A DNA stretch of 64,000 nt, from contig NC_092670.1 of the NCBI RefSeq assembly GCF_964355755.1, positions 19,888,795 through 19,952,794 of the forward strand, written 5' to 3'. The DNA comes from Antedon mediterranea (lineage: Eukaryota; Animalia; Echinodermata). Numbering within the stretch: position 1 is the first letter of the stretch; every line of letters starts with the position of its first letter. The position numbers and the translations under genes were made by a program. Of the stretch, positions 20,401 through 60,139 are shown piece by piece. Under the pieces are notes generated by a model. It saw nothing but the letters and a program-made list of their open reading frames with translations, did not search any database and was not told where the DNA came from.

Positions 20401-21920
20401 TTGTCGCATCCATGTGGCGTTGCATAAACCGACAACACGCATCACGCACTGCTAGTACACCAAGAAGATTGGCAGCCGATAGAAGAGACTGCACATTCGT
20501 TTTCGTGATCATTATTTCGGAAGTGTATGCAAAATCCACCAAAAGACTCAATATACTTGATTCTATCCCGTTTAGAGACACACGCTCTTGACGACTTTCT
20601 GCCAGTTCACCTGAAAACATTGCACGGAAATATGTACTAAACGATGCTAAAAGAGCTCGGTGGCACGGAAAATCTTGTCCATCGACACACAGTATAACAT
20701 CGCACATTAGACCCGATTGACGGAGCTCAGTGAATCCGGTGAGAACGTGCGTTGAATGGGAATGCTCAACAAAGTGATAATCCTCTGGCGGGATATCTGC
20801 CACATCATCCTCATTTTGGTTTTCTTCTAAATGTGCATCGTTAGCAGCCATTTTTTGTCTAAAAAGTAGGAATAAAAATGTAAAAAAAATATGATACAAT
20901 TGAATATTACACCTAGTCCTCCTACCAGGGAGGTGCATTTTTATTTTTTTATTAAAAATATTAAAATACATATTAATAAAAATGTTTAAAGACCCCTTCC
21001 CTGCAATTTTTGACGTTTTTTGGAAAATAATACATATATATCACTTTAAAAACATTAAACCATGTCATTCCTTGTCTTAAATGTACGTTTTATGGTAAAT
21101 TATGATAAAAAGTGAGAAACAATGCACTACCTAAGTAGCTCGCGGCGATCGACCTCTCGTGGACGGTCTTAGGCCTAGCCTAGCTAGGCTTAGTTTTGTA
21201 GGCCTAGCTGGTAAACATCGGTAACGTACGAACATCGTACGCGAGCTATATACCTAGCCTGACGTTGTATAGTTGCTGCATTAATTGTCTTTCTATTTTT
21301 GCCAGACTCCGTTGATACAAATTGGGGAAAACCCGGTATTTTCGCTGAAAAATTAGGAGTCTTCCATTTGTTTTGGCCTCACGATCGATCGAAAAGTGGG
21401 CGAATTACAGGTGAAAAACAAAAATATCAATCCGCGCGCAATGCATTTTGGGATTTATAGCGGGCCGCTATAATTATTAGAATCGGCTTATTTTTCACAT
21501 TTTTAACCGTTTAAAGACGAAAAAAGTTATCGCAATAGGACCATATAGTATTATTTTTACATTAAATATAGTTTGTGATCTTAAATTAGATCTAAAAAAC
21601 GTAGGGAATGGGGCTTTAATATTTCAGAAAATAAGTCATGTTTTCCAATATTGTATAAAACATTCAATTTCATCAATACTTAAAGTTTATTTTTTCTAGG
21701 CCTAACACAACTACATACATGCATCTCTCCCTTCATTTGAAGTACTTGACTAAGTGGTTTTTTAGCTGACCTCTCTCTTCTACTAGAATTAAGCCTAGCA
21801 GCTAGCCTTGGCCCTTGTTGTAAATGCGGCCTAGCTAGGCCTAGCTAGCTAGGACTAACTAAGCCTAACTAAGGCCTACCAGCTGCTAGAACCTACTTAC
21901 TTTTGTCTTGTTGGTCTCAT
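17409..21920 (-). CDS. Kelch-like protein (BTB-BACK-Kelch, putative CUL3 adaptor); orthologue not assigned
   Basis: Exons (-) 21920-21901, 20858-19963, 19621-19475, 19351-19220, 18987-18811, 18341-18195, 17743-17409 join in frame. BTB (CDVILCVDGQDFPCHRALLASFSTYFRAMF), BACK (NCLGIHCFAEAHAC...EEEVFEAVMRW...IRLPL), Kelch repeats (IYAVGGWEG...VERYSP). Start is 21920 (MRPTRQK) or 20851 (MAANDA). Confidence 0.92.
18402..18734. mobile_element. Non-autonomous DNA transposon (hAT-like termini)
   Basis: TACATGCCAACA (18409-18420) / TGTTGGCATGTA (18721-18732) inverted repeat; GGGTAA on both flanks. Confidence 0.5.
19052..19195 (-). mobile_element. MITE family A
   Basis: Reverse-orientation interior; ends AGTTTGATAGTGTAGACAAAGCT. 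Confidence 0.8.
20990..21615. mobile_element. Kolobok-like non-autonomous DNA transposon in KLHL intron 1
   Basis: TTAA|AGACCCCTTCCCTGCAATTTTT ... AAAAAACGTAGGGAATGGGGCT|TTAA: TTAA TSD, AG..CT ends, imperfect TIR, more GC/CpG-rich than its flanks. Confidence 0.6.
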
Positions 21921-22059
21921 TTATATATAGAAAGACATATATAGGTTTATAAATGGCCTAAAGAAGGCTAAATCAAAGTTATTATTGAATTTTCATCATG
22001 TTCTTTAGTATATTTAATTTTAAAAGAGTTTTCTGCCGATTTCTCTCGGTTTCTCAAGC

Positions 22060-22140
22060 CTTTTTGTGTTGACCCTAGTATGCAAATTACCTGTGACGTC
22101 ACGATACTTTTCACAAAGAAACTGTTGCATATTTATGAGA
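22060..22140 (-). promoter_or_regulatory. Putative KLHL promoter
   Basis: Upstream of KLHL exon 1; octamer ATGCAAAT (22080-22087) and palindromic CRE GTGACGTCAC (22093-22102). Confidence 0.45.
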
Positions 22141-24894
22141 AATCAGACTTCAGACACGCCCATCGTCATCAAAAATGCAGAGGGTATATCACAATGAATC
22201 CATCACAATAAGTTGTGACTTTGTTTTAGCTCATTTATTGTTGTTCTACTGTATATTAAAATAATACAGTGTAAAGTTATTATGTAATAGATTTGCTTCA
22301 TAAGTAATCAACTAATCATATGTCACAGTGGTTCATCACATTTTGTGTATTTAATTACACTCAATGAAAAATGCATAATATTCCATAGCTCAGACTATCA
22401 ATCATGTGACATGTAGTAATGTATGTAGGTTTTTTTAGTTATTAGATGATACTAGTGGCCTTTTTACCTGTTATTAGGTTCAGATGTTGGTAATGATTCA
22501 AGAAAACTAAAATGACACAATAACAATACTGCAATGTAATACTATATTTTTATTTCAGCAGGACCTTCTTTGTACAAAAGGGATGGGATGCTAAAAGGCA
22601 CAATCTATATTCACACAATGCATGTCAATTGTACAACCACCACCACGATTTAAAGGTCATATTTTCATGCCTAGTACATACGCAACACTCATAAAAATTA
22701 CAATTAGAATTGTTGTGAATACACCAATGTATTAGGGTATTCACTTCTATGATTTTGTTTATATCCCATATTGTTATAAGCTTTAATTTGACAAAGAAAA
22801 TTATCGTCATACGTAAAACAGTCATAGCTGTGGTGTATGCAAGAAAAAAAAAACCTATATTATGTACATTCATATATATTTCTGTTTTCATCAGTTAAGT
22901 TAATTTATTTCTTATTACTCTCAAATAATTCTAATTAACTCTGAATGATTTCAACAGTATGTAGCACCACTGAATGAAATATTTATAGTACTACTGCAGT
23001 AATGTATATTTTATACTGTAATGTAATTACTGCAGTAATTTGGAACCCTTATTTATCTGTTGAAAAACAATAACATGGGTTTACATAAAGCTTTAATATT
23101 ATTTCAGTAACAATTAATGTAATCAATGTACTGCAGTACCTGCAGTACAAATATGATGGTACTGCAGTGACTGCAGTAGAATATAATAAAAATCATTGTT
23201 TTTGCAAATAAATTACATTTTAAAGATGTGGCCAAATAAAACAACAATTAAAAAAAAAATTAAACCCTCTTTTAAACATACCACAACCATGATAAATTAA
23301 ACTATGAATTTAATTAATTACAATGTAAATATATACAAAGAGTATTACTTAAGACATTGATTTCAACCAATCATCATCTTCAAATGTTTGGGCTCTATAT
23401 AAACAACAAAATGCAATTTGTTTGAAAGAGGTATACTGTTAGGAATGCTAATAATACAGTAATGCCAATAAAATACTTTAAAACAAAATGTTTTCATCAA
23501 TTCCTCTAGCCAGGAGGACTTACATTTCAAGTTCAATGTTTAGTAAGGCTAAGTGTGTGACCTGCTCTGAAATGGTCATTTAGATACAATGTGTTGCCAT
23601 ACATATAAATATGCATGCCATATATCCTGTTTTATGCACAAGATGCATGTCATACACAGTATTGTTATTTTTGCATTATCCTAAATTGAAACTTAAAAAT
23701 TACTGTTTATACAAATAACAAATTAACTACATAATTTAAATAAAAGAAAACAAAAAGAAATCAGCTGAAAAAAACATTAACATTAAAACATACAATAGTT
23801 TGGAAATCATTATCAATCTATTTAAAGGAGATTTATATACTAAGGTTGGTGCAGTAAATGTATAATTACTATAAACCTTGTATTGAATATCACTAAGGAC
23901 AACAAAACAGCCTAATCAAATGTTAAACTACAGAAACACTGTTGATACTGTGTCCCATTTTATAGTATTTCTGTATTAACCAATATGAGTATAAAATGTT
24001 TTATATTATACTAGAAGTAAACATGTCTATTGAAACTACACAGAATTAAAAATCACCACCACTCAACATATAAATTGCATATATAAGTACACACTGTGTG
24101 GCGTTAGGAGTATGAATAGACGATAATACAGTAGTAGAAATAGCAATGAGGTACTGTCTACAGGTCCACCTTCAACTCGATTCCTCTCTCATTAGGAGGC
24201 TTTTGGCCAGTCATATAGTCAATTTGTTCTTGGCTATTAGCTCTCTACTAATAAAATTTAATATAATTTTGTCCTATTGTTATTTCTTTCTTAACTAAGT
24301 TTTATTTTCTATAACATAAAATCAAGTAAAAATAAGTTCTTTCAAATAATAATAATGTTAAATTTTATACATCATTTAATGTTTTCTGCTTTTAGGAAAC
24401 ATGTGCTAAGGAAAAGAATTTCCATATATATTTTTTAAACAACTTTAGATCATATGATAATCTATAGTTACTTTTAGCATTAAAGCATTTAATGCAAATT
24501 TAGTATTACTGTATACTCTTATGGACCTTCCGTCCCTGGCAGTTACCGGACATTTAAAACATGTTTTGCATCGATCTCCCTATTCACTATCATAATTATT
24601 AACTTAAATCTGCACACTACAAACATTTGACCAAAAAAATGAATCATATTAAAATAAATTTACAAATTTCTTTTTGTCTATTCTGACAAACCAATAATAC
24701 AATAATAAAGTATTTATAGTTATGTTTGAAAAAAATAGAAGTTATTCTTCCATTTTAGGTTATTTATTTGTACAAACGCATTTTCAATTACAAACAACAT
24801 TCATAGGTTTTTAAAAAAATCAGGAATATTTAATATTTACCAGATGCTAGAATTCTTTGTCTAATTGTTATGAACGTCATAGAGAATTTTTAAC

Positions 24895-26497
24895 TCATAT
24901 AAGCCGATTCTTTTTGTGTGTTGGTGAGTCCATGTGTACATCATTGGAGGAGTTACTTCGTTTTCTACTGTCTTGTTGGTTTGGAGATAGAAGTTCATCG
25001 TAAAAATAATCAGAGAGATTGGCATGACGACGTCGGCCATGAGGTGGTGACTGAGACACGTTAACTTGGACATCGGCCATTGCTCCACTTAAACCTATAA
25101 AAAAACAAGTATTTATTTTACATATATTCAAATTAGCATGGCATTTAAATCATATTGAGAACACTTTTTTTTTTTACAATCTTATTTGTTTTCATTTCTT
25201 GTTCTTGCTATTCATTATTATTTGTATACAATGTGTGTGGTAAACAAATAAAATAAACAAAGTCTAAAGCTCTGTCTACATTATCAAACTAGTTTGACAA
25301 AAAAGTGTGATGTATCCAAACGCCATCATGTCCATATATGGGCTGCGGCACATCACATTTTTTTGTCACATTAAGTTTAGTGTAGACATAGATTTAGTGT
25401 GGTCTGGTGTTAAGTTAAAATACCAAACTATACCTTGTAGTGCTAATGCATCTCTAAACGCTTGTAGGCCATCGTCTGCCTGGTTAAGACTTTCTCGAGG
25501 TGGTGAGTGTAGACGTGGTGATGATCGTTCCATTGACGTACGGGGCACTTGAGGTGGTCTGTGGCGTGGTGGTGCTGGCTTTCCACACATATACGACAAT
25601 AGATCCTCTCTTTTTATTAGTCTCCTGCGTTTCTTGGCCCAACCAGCTATGTCTCTGGTACGTCGTTGGTACCCTGCTTGTAGACCCATGTCCATGCCTC
25701 TTTTGTACATATCCATACTCTCTGTTGAAACATAATTTTATGAGGATTAGTGATTCATGAATATTATATAAATTATAGGGAATTCTACACAAAAAATAAC
25801 ATCATTGACTATGATTTAAACACACCTTTATGAAGAGCTGTAACAGCAGCAGCTGCATTTTGAAAATTTATCCAATGAATTCCTGAATCATTGTTATGGT
25901 GACGATCTGCAATTAAGAAATTAAAAATAATATGATTTAGGCCTGCATTTACAATACATTCAGGCTGATACTCTCACTTAGAATATTTCTTTATTTCAAA
26001 ATAATTATAATATTTAGGCCTAGGCCTACAGTATTTGTTTTATTACATTCAATATAGTAATAAATACATACTGAAACTGAACTGTACAAGTAATACTTCT
26101 TAGTTACTACTACTACGTCTACTAGCTACTAGGCCTAGGCTAGGTTTGACGTAGTAGGCCTAGCTAGTATTATAATAATATTAATAAAATAGATAGGCCT
26201 AGGCCTAGGCCTATTCTTTTTTCGAATTTGATTTTGCAATGAAAAGAAAGATTTTTTAAATATATTTAATATTTTGATTCTAGGCCTAATTAGTATACCT
26301 TTGTATAGTTGAGTCACAGCACTCGCGCAGGCCTGAAATGAATACCACAGTTGTTCGAATGCGATTTGTTTTTCTTGCGGGAGGCGTTCGTCATCCAAAT
26401 TCGGTTCGCCGTCCAAAATATCAAGACAATGTTGCTCCCAATTTGACGCCCTAAAGTCACTTCCAGAGTCCTCGCCTCGATCCCTATGTTCACTCAT
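24895..26497 (-). CDS. HAPSTR1: HUWE1-associated protein modifying stress responses (C16orf72/TAPR1)
   Basis: Exons (-) 26497-26299, 25906-25826, 25721-25434, 25094-24895. Motifs WEQHCL, QLWYSFQACASAVTQLYK, WINFQNAAAAVTALHK, GYQRRTRDIAGWAKKRRRLIKREDLLSYMCGK, LQAFRDALALQGLSGAMA and C-terminus DSPTHKKNRLI match the HAPSTR1 family. Confidence 0.95.
25268..25393 (-). mobile_element. MITE family A
   Basis: Both TIRs recognisable; lies in the last HAPSTR1 intron. Confidence 0.75.
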
Positions 26498-27417
26498 GGT
26501 GAACTTTCAATTATATATGCTTATAAAATAATTTTCATGTGATTTGAAGGTGTAAAATACTGTTATCTAAATGACGTTTTGAGAACGAAAGGGCTGTGTC
26601 TACTTACAATAACTTCTCTCTTTATTACAATCGTTAAAGGTCGTTAACCCTTCTAAATTGACCTAGTGTCAAAGGTTACAATGATATTATGGTACACCAA
26701 TAATGCAAATATAAATGTCTTATTGATTGATTAATTTCATGTTGTATAATTTTACATTACCAATACAAATTGAAGTCCATATTAATTTAGATATTGTATA
26801 GATGTATTTTATTATGTTTAAATAGAAAGACATTTGCAAAAAATCAAATATACAAATAATTTATTTAAAACATGGTTTTTCGTATCATACTAAATTTAGC
26901 CTTCCAAGTACTGACACTATGATTTTTAATGTTGCAGTTTTACTCAATATTCAGGCTTTTTACTAACACATTTTAAGATTTTGAATATTCTACATATATC
27001 ATGGTTCAGTAATGTCTTTAAAAAAAAATAATAGTGTAATTTATTTGTAGTATATTGAATAAATACATTGCGTGTCCATACTTTCTGCAATCCATTTTCA
27101 TATATCCCACAATTCATTTGGCATAAAGTTTATCGCCATTTTTCATTGAGTGCGGTAATGCAGAAAGAGATGCAGATAGAAACGCCCGTAAAGTATATTT
27201 CAGCTATCGTTTTGTTTTGAAGCCCATTGAATTCTTTTCTTCATGAATCCCCCTGAACGCAGGGGTACCGACAGCAGAGATTGGGCGCATCGCGAGCAAG
27301 CACGTTAAGGTGCCCCCGGCGTCTCACAAAGCTCCTGCGTCTCAGGGCAGTGAGAAGGGCTCGCTCGCGAACAAGAAGGGTGGTAAGCGAACGGGACATA
27401 AGAAAGGTGCAAATGGA
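26498..27417. promoter_or_regulatory. Divergent (bidirectional) promoter and 5' UTR region of HAPSTR1 and USP7
   Basis: Only 920 bp separate the two start codons; YY1-like CGCCATTT at 27134-27141; AGGTCA-like half-sites near 26636-26680. Confidence 0.6.
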
Positions 27418-43226
<15,809 letters not shown>

Positions 43227-45932
43227 GAAAGAGACTAAAACAGTTCCTATGAGGTAGAAACAACATAATCTACCCTGCCTTAAGGTAACCAATTAATCTC
43301 CAGTAGAATAATCTTGAGGTGCACTCGATCGAGAGGTTAAACTCGTCAAATGTTATGATGTAGTCTGATCAGTTTCATCTCCCATTAACTCAAAACAGCC
43401 TAAAATTGAGCCGCCTTACATTACAATTACTGGTATGGTAAAAGTAAAATTCATCTTAGTATCTGAAATTTTTAAATATTAATCTTTCTGCCTCACTTCA
43501 AAAACCTATGACTGTATGTCTGTATGTAGAAGATGGTAAGCTATACAATAACACTTAGTTTTAATATAAGCAGATTTAGAATCTGAACTCTGAAATATAA
43601 AGTAAAACATTGGCAGTTTTGTATACATATGGTTGCTGTACATCGTTTAACTTATAATATTTTTTTTTTTAATTCTCTGCTATTGTAAAATTAATATAGA
43701 TTCTCTTAATAGAGATATGTTCTATAAGGTGTAGTCATTTCATATGTTGTTAATGTAATATAAATGTATACTTGTTTAAAAAACTAAGTTTTCGAGCAAT
43801 TTTTTTCCATTTCAAAATAAGAAAATCTGAACGCAAGAAAGTTTCAAACTAAATGTTACAGAAACTGTTCGTAGAAAATCTACAAAATATTAGACTAAAT
43901 TATAGATATGTACAGATTTTTAAAACTTGTGTTCCATATATATTTTAGTCTATTTGATTGTTATTTTCTCTTTCTACAATGAAATTGTTTTTCCCTGACC
44001 CACACAAATTATATTTTATATAATTAGTTTTTATTCAAATTGTTTAGGGGTCAATGGTTAAAGGTGTATGTAGTTATTCAACCGCTGTGTCAGGCACAAC
44101 ATTTCTCTCTCATGCCTTCTATTTCATCCGTTAAGGGTTTTATTTTTTTTTATAATAATAATGTTGGGATAGTTACAAACTGATCGCGCCAACATACATT
44201 TTACCAGAATTGTTTATAAATTTGATAGAATGATGTTTGTATATTGTAAAAAGAAACTGTAACTGGCAAAACAATAATCTTATGGTTTTTACCGTAATTG
44301 ATCGAACAAGTGCCGTGGTGGTGTATATAGATGGTTGAGCGCGGCGCTTATTTATTTGAGTCATGTTCCCCTTAAGATTGTTAAAAGCCGCTGTTATCAT
44401 CAACATTGGTACAAAGAGACACAAAGAAGAGTACAAAAGGCGTACTGGTAAAATGTTACGTCTCTTCATGGCAAGTCTGATGAATAAAAGCAAAGCTTTT
44501 TGAAAAGGTTTGGTATGGGCGCTTATTCGATCATTTACAGTATTATTGATAATAAATATAATATAAATACACTGCTTGGTATTGACATTTTTTAAGTTTA
44601 GTGGTGAGTTTGTTGCATAATGAATGCGTTCATTTTCAATGACTTGGGAAAAAGTTGTTGATAAAAAAAAACATTGTGAATTGTACAATAGATAATAAAT
44701 AAAAGGCAACTAAATTGTATTCATATTTTGGTATAATCTTGTAATGTAATTTCAAAACACTACTAGTTTACTACGATGTTAAGGGGTTTTGTCGAAAAAT
44801 GACCAAAATATGACCATATATGTGACTATATTGATTTCATTTCAAGCATAACACTAAAATAAAATTGTAACATTGTAAAACTAAGAAATGAAACGGACAA
44901 CCACAAAATAAGCAAAATTTAGCAAAAGCTTTTAACACAATCTTTCTCTAACGTTGACATGTGAATGTTAAATAAATACATTTAACAAATAGCTCAATTG
45001 TGATTGGCTTAATTAAAGTTAAAATTAAATAGACTACATGATAAACATAGGCTATGGAAGGTAAAAAGTTAATGACTTGCATTTAATTTTGTGCAAAATA
45101 TTACCATAATTATGTGGTGTGTGTGGAAAATTTGACATTAAGTTGCGTTCTGCAGCAAGCATTTTTTTAAAAGGTTAAAGGTCAATAATCACACTTCCGG
45201 TCATTTTAAAACAAAATATTCAATTAGAGTGAATATAAATATATCTATTATGAACAATTATTATTTCCAACTCTCTACAACCATTCGTTATTTAGAATTT
45301 TTGCAAAGTGGTATTGTAGTCACTTTTAGAGAAAATATAAACTTTATACATCCACTAGATACAAAGTATATCTATATTAAAATAACAGCCATTTTGAAAT
45401 GAAGATTTAAACATGTTCCCCCGGATTTGTTTAGACTTTTTGTCAGGAGTACTAGACATCCCTGAAGAAAAAAGTCTATTGCAATTTGTTCCAACCAGGT
45501 TCACCCTATTTTTATGCCAGAATGGATTAATATGGGACAATTTCCTGTGAAACAAACAAGGGAATTACATAGGGGTTTTTACTGTATTCAAACATGCAAA
45601 TCATGTGTCATTGTCCTAAAGCCCTCTAATTGAATTTCCGTACTAATTTCACAGTTGTTTCCACTGTGGAATTATGAGTGTGCATATCTATCTGAGCCAT
45701 CAATGCATGTACCACCATTCAAGCAAGTTGTAGGGCTACAGTCTCATCATAACAAATTTTATGAGTGTGAATGCAGCGTCTAAAAAATGTGATGAAGCAA
45801 AGGATTTTTTATGACCACTGAACCAAATTCACGCTTAGTGTGAACATAACCTTATACATGCATGCTTAGCATTGTGATTTAAATATTTTACTGACTGTTT
45901 TTATGAAGGTGACATTCTTCAACCAGTAAGAG

Positions 45933-51108
<5,176 letters not shown>

Positions 51109-53814
51109 GAAAGAGACTAAAACAGTTCCTATGAGGTAGAAACAACATAATCTACCCTGCCTTAAGGTAACCAATTAATCTCCAGTAGAATAATCTTGAG
51201 GTGCACTCGATCGAGAGGTTAAACTCGTCAAATGTTATGATGTAGTCTGATCAGTTTCATCTCCCATTAACTCAAAACAGCCTAAAATTGAGCCGCCTTA
51301 CATTACAATTACTGGTATGGTAAAAGTAAAATTCATCTTAGTATCTGAAATTTTTAAATATTAATCTTTCTGCCTCACTTCAAAAACCTATGACTGTATG
51401 TCTGTATGTAGAAGATGGTAAGCTATACAATAACACTTAGTTTTAATATAAGCAGATTTAGAATCTGAACTCTGAAATATAAAGTAAAACATTGGCAGTT
51501 TTGTATACATATGGTTGCTGTACATCGTTTAACTTATAATATTTTTTTTTTTAATTCTCTGCTATTGTAAAATTAATATAGATTCTCTTAATAGAGATAT
51601 GTTCTATAAGGTGTAGTCATTTCATATGTTGTTAATGTAATATAAATGTATACTTGTTTAAAAAACTAAGTTTTCGAGCAATTTTTTTCCATTTCAAAAT
51701 AAGAAAATCTGAACGCAAGAAAGTTTCAAACTAAATGTTACAGAAACTGTTCGTAGAAAATCTACAAAATATTAGACTAAATTATAGATATGTACAGATT
51801 TTTAAAACTTGTGTTCCATATATATTTTAGTCTATTAGATTGTTATTTTCTCTTTCTACAATCAAATTGTTTTTCCCTGACCCACACAAATTATATTTTA
51901 TATAATTAGTTTTTATTCAAATTGTTTAGGGGTCAATGGTTAAAGGTGTATGTAGTTATTCAACCGCTGTGTCAGGCACAACATTTCTCTCTCATGCCTT
52001 CTATTTCATCCGTTAAGGGTTTTATTTTTTTTTATAATAATAATGTTGGGATAGTTACAAACTGATCGCGCCAACATACATTTTACCAGAATTGTTTATA
52101 AATTTGATAGAATGATGTTTGTATATTGTAAAAAGAAACTGTAACTGGCAAAACAATAATCTTATGGTTTTTACCGTAATTGATCGAACAAGTGCCGTGG
52201 TGGTGTATATAGATGGTTGAGCGCGGCGCTTATTTATTTGAGTCATGTTCCCCTTAAGATTGTTAAAAGCCGCTGTTATCATCAACATTGGTACAAAGAG
52301 ACACAAAGAAGAGTACAAAAGGCGTACTGGTAAAATGTTACGTCTCTTCATGGCAAGTCTGATGAATAAAAGCAAAGCTTTTTGAAAAGGTTTGGTATGG
52401 GCGCTTATTCGATCATTTACAGTATTATTGATAATAAATATAATATAAATACAATGCTTGGTATTGACATTTTTTAAGTTTAGTGGTGAGTTTGTTGCAT
52501 AATGAATGCGTTCATTTTCAATGACTTGGGAAAAAGTTGTTGATAAAAAAAAACATTGTGAATTGTACAATAGATAATAAATAAAAGGCAACTAAATTGT
52601 ATTCATATTTTGGTATAATCTTGTAATGTAATTTCAAAACACTACTAGTTTACTACGATGTTAAGGGGTTTTGTCGAAAAATGACCAAAATATGACCATA
52701 TATGTGACTATATTGATTTCATTTCAAGCATAACACTAAAATAAAATTGTAACATTGTAAAACTAAGAAATGAAACGGACAACCACAAAATAAGCAAAAT
52801 TTAGCAAAAGCTTTTAACACAATCTTTCTCTAACGTTGACATGTGAATGTTAAATAAATACATTTAACAAATAGCTCAATTGTGATTGGCTTAATTAAAG
52901 TTAAAATTAAATAGACTACATGATAAACATAGGCTATGGAAGGTAAAAAGTTAATGACTTGCATTTAATTTTGTGCAAAATATTACCATAATTATGTGGT
53001 GTGTGTGGAAAATTTGACATTAAGTTGCGTTCTGCAGCAAGCATTTTTTTAAAAGGTTAAAGGTCAATAATCACACTTCCGGTCATTTTAAAACAAAATA
53101 TTCAATTAGAGTGAATATAAATATATCTATTATGAACAATTATTATTTCCAACTCTCTACAACCATTCGTTATTTATAATTTTTGCAAAGTGGTATTGTA
53201 GTCACTTTTAGAGAAAATATAAACTTTATACATCCACTAGATACAAAGTATATCTATATTAAAATAACAGCCATTTTGAAATGAAGATTTAAACATGTTC
53301 CCCCGGATTTGTTTAGACTTTTTGTCAGGAGTACTAGACATCCCTGAAGAAAAAAGTCTATTGCAATTTGTTCCAACCAGGTTCACCCTATTTTTATGCC
53401 AGAATGGATTAATATGGGACAATTTCCTGTGAAACAAACAAGGGAATTACATAGGGGTTTTTACTGTATTCAAACATGCAAATCATGTGTCATTGTCCTA
53501 AAGCCCTCTAATTGAATTTCCGTACTAATTTCACAGTTGTTTCCACTGTGGAATTATGAGTGTGCATATCTATCTGAGCCATCAATGCATGTACCACCAT
53601 TCAAGCAAGTTGTAGGGCTACAGTCTCATCATAACAAATTTTATGAGTGTGAATGCAGCGTCTAAAAAATGTGATGAAGCAAAGGATTTTTTCTGACCAC
53701 TGAACCAAATTCACGCTTAGTGTGAACATAACCTTATACATGCATGCTTAGCATTGTGATTTAAATATTTTACTGACTGTTTTTATGAAGGTGACATTCT
53801 TCAACCAGTAAGAG

Positions 53815-58871
<5,057 letters not shown>

Positions 58872-59197
58872 TTAAAAAAAACATTGTGAATTGTATAATA
58901 ATAAAAGGCAACTAAATTGTATTCATATTTTGGTATAATCTTGTAATGTAATTTCACAATATTACTAGTTTACTATGATATTAAGAGTTTTTGTCAAAGA
59001 CTATACTGTATAATAATATATAAACACTTTATTTTGACACAGAAAAGCTTGTATCACCACAAAGGTATTCTCCTACATGGCCGTGGTTAATTTATATAGT
59101 ACAACTTTTATATAAAAAAAAACAAAGAAAAAAAAATATATATATATAATATATTAACAGCACTTGCAAGCAGCACTTGCCAGTTCTTATGCTATGA

Positions 59198-59397
59198 CGT
59201 TATCCAAATTCCTTCACTTGCACTGATGAAGGGCTACAGTAGTGTTGCCCGAAAGCTCTGCTAATTTTTCTGGCTGTTTTACTTTATCGTTTTGATTTAG
59301 CTTTTCGCTTTTTTTTTTGTATCTCCATTGAGATCCATCCAGATACCCACAGCATTGTCATTTTTTCAGTAATTTGCCTTTGGATTTATATATATAT
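59198..59397 (+). mobile_element. Second copy of the Penelope-like hammerhead element (HHR 59218-59264)
   Basis: TTGCA CTGATGA A GGGC TACAGTAGTGTT GCCC GAAA GC TC TGCTAA; the rest is nearly identical to 11416-11620; (TA)n tail. Confidence 0.7.
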
Positions 59398-59404
59398 TAA
59401 CAGA

Positions 59405-60090
59405 AACATTAATTACAAAATAAAGGTAGTCTTTAAACCTATTTATAATAGAGGAATCTACATTAAATGATTTAAGTTTTTCTAGAAGTATTGTATGGTC
59501 TACCATATCGTTAGCCTTTTTTAGATCAAGCATGACTAAACCAATATACTTCCCACAACCAATGTCATTTATCCAATTCTCTGTAATATTTAATAATGAA
59601 GATACAGTTTAAAAATTAGGACAAAACACAGATTGATAAGAGTAAATAAATTGATAGACCTGATCAAATATAACCCTCTCCATAATTGTTAGAAAGAATG
59701 TGTAAAATTGATATGGGACTTTAATTTTTAAGATTCTATCCTATCTATCCTATCCCCTTTAAGAACTGGGGAAATTTTCGCACATTTCCACTTGAGCATT
59801 TTAGCTGTTTCTTTACTTACATGGAGTGAGTTTTTTGTTTATAATGTATTTACAAAACTAGATTTAAGTAGGTCCCTGCTTTGATTGGTATTATCTTCAA
59901 TAATTAATCTGGGAATTTCTTGCAGAATATTTTTTGCAAGGGCAGGTTCTATTTTATAAAAATATTGTTTTAAATTGTGGGGTATTTTAGAAATTTGCTG
60001 TTTGTTATCACTTGTTTTTTTTGGTTGCATATTTGTGTTTTATACTCTGGTACAGTTTCCCATATTGTCTTTGAATCTTTTGTATCTACA
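59405..60090 (-). mobile_element. Degraded LINE (CR1/L2-type) ORF2 reverse transcriptase fragment
   Basis: Minus-strand translation gives TVSSLLNITENWINDIGCGKYIGLVMLDLKKANDMVDHTILLEKLK (RT motif LDxxKAFDxVDHxILLxKL) and upstream HNLKQYFYKIEPALAKNI; frameshifted. Confidence 0.75.
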
Positions 60091-60139
60091 GTACTGTAAT
60101 TGTGTAAAAAAATATCAATAAATAATTATGATAATTATA

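Noticed and set aside
20859-20971. N-terminal MYFNIFNKK... extension of the 337-aa KLHL ORF
   Set aside because: Intronic read-through upstream of the acceptor at 20859-20860.
44173-44709. 178-aa minus-strand ORF (repeated at 52055-52591)
   Set aside because: TTG start, antisense to the USP7 3' UTR, AT-driven composition and no recognisable domain; its recurrence is explained by the recent duplication.
45355-45555. 66-aa minus-strand ORF between USP7 copies (also 53237-53437)
   Set aside because: No recognisable motif or splice partners; identical only because of the duplication.
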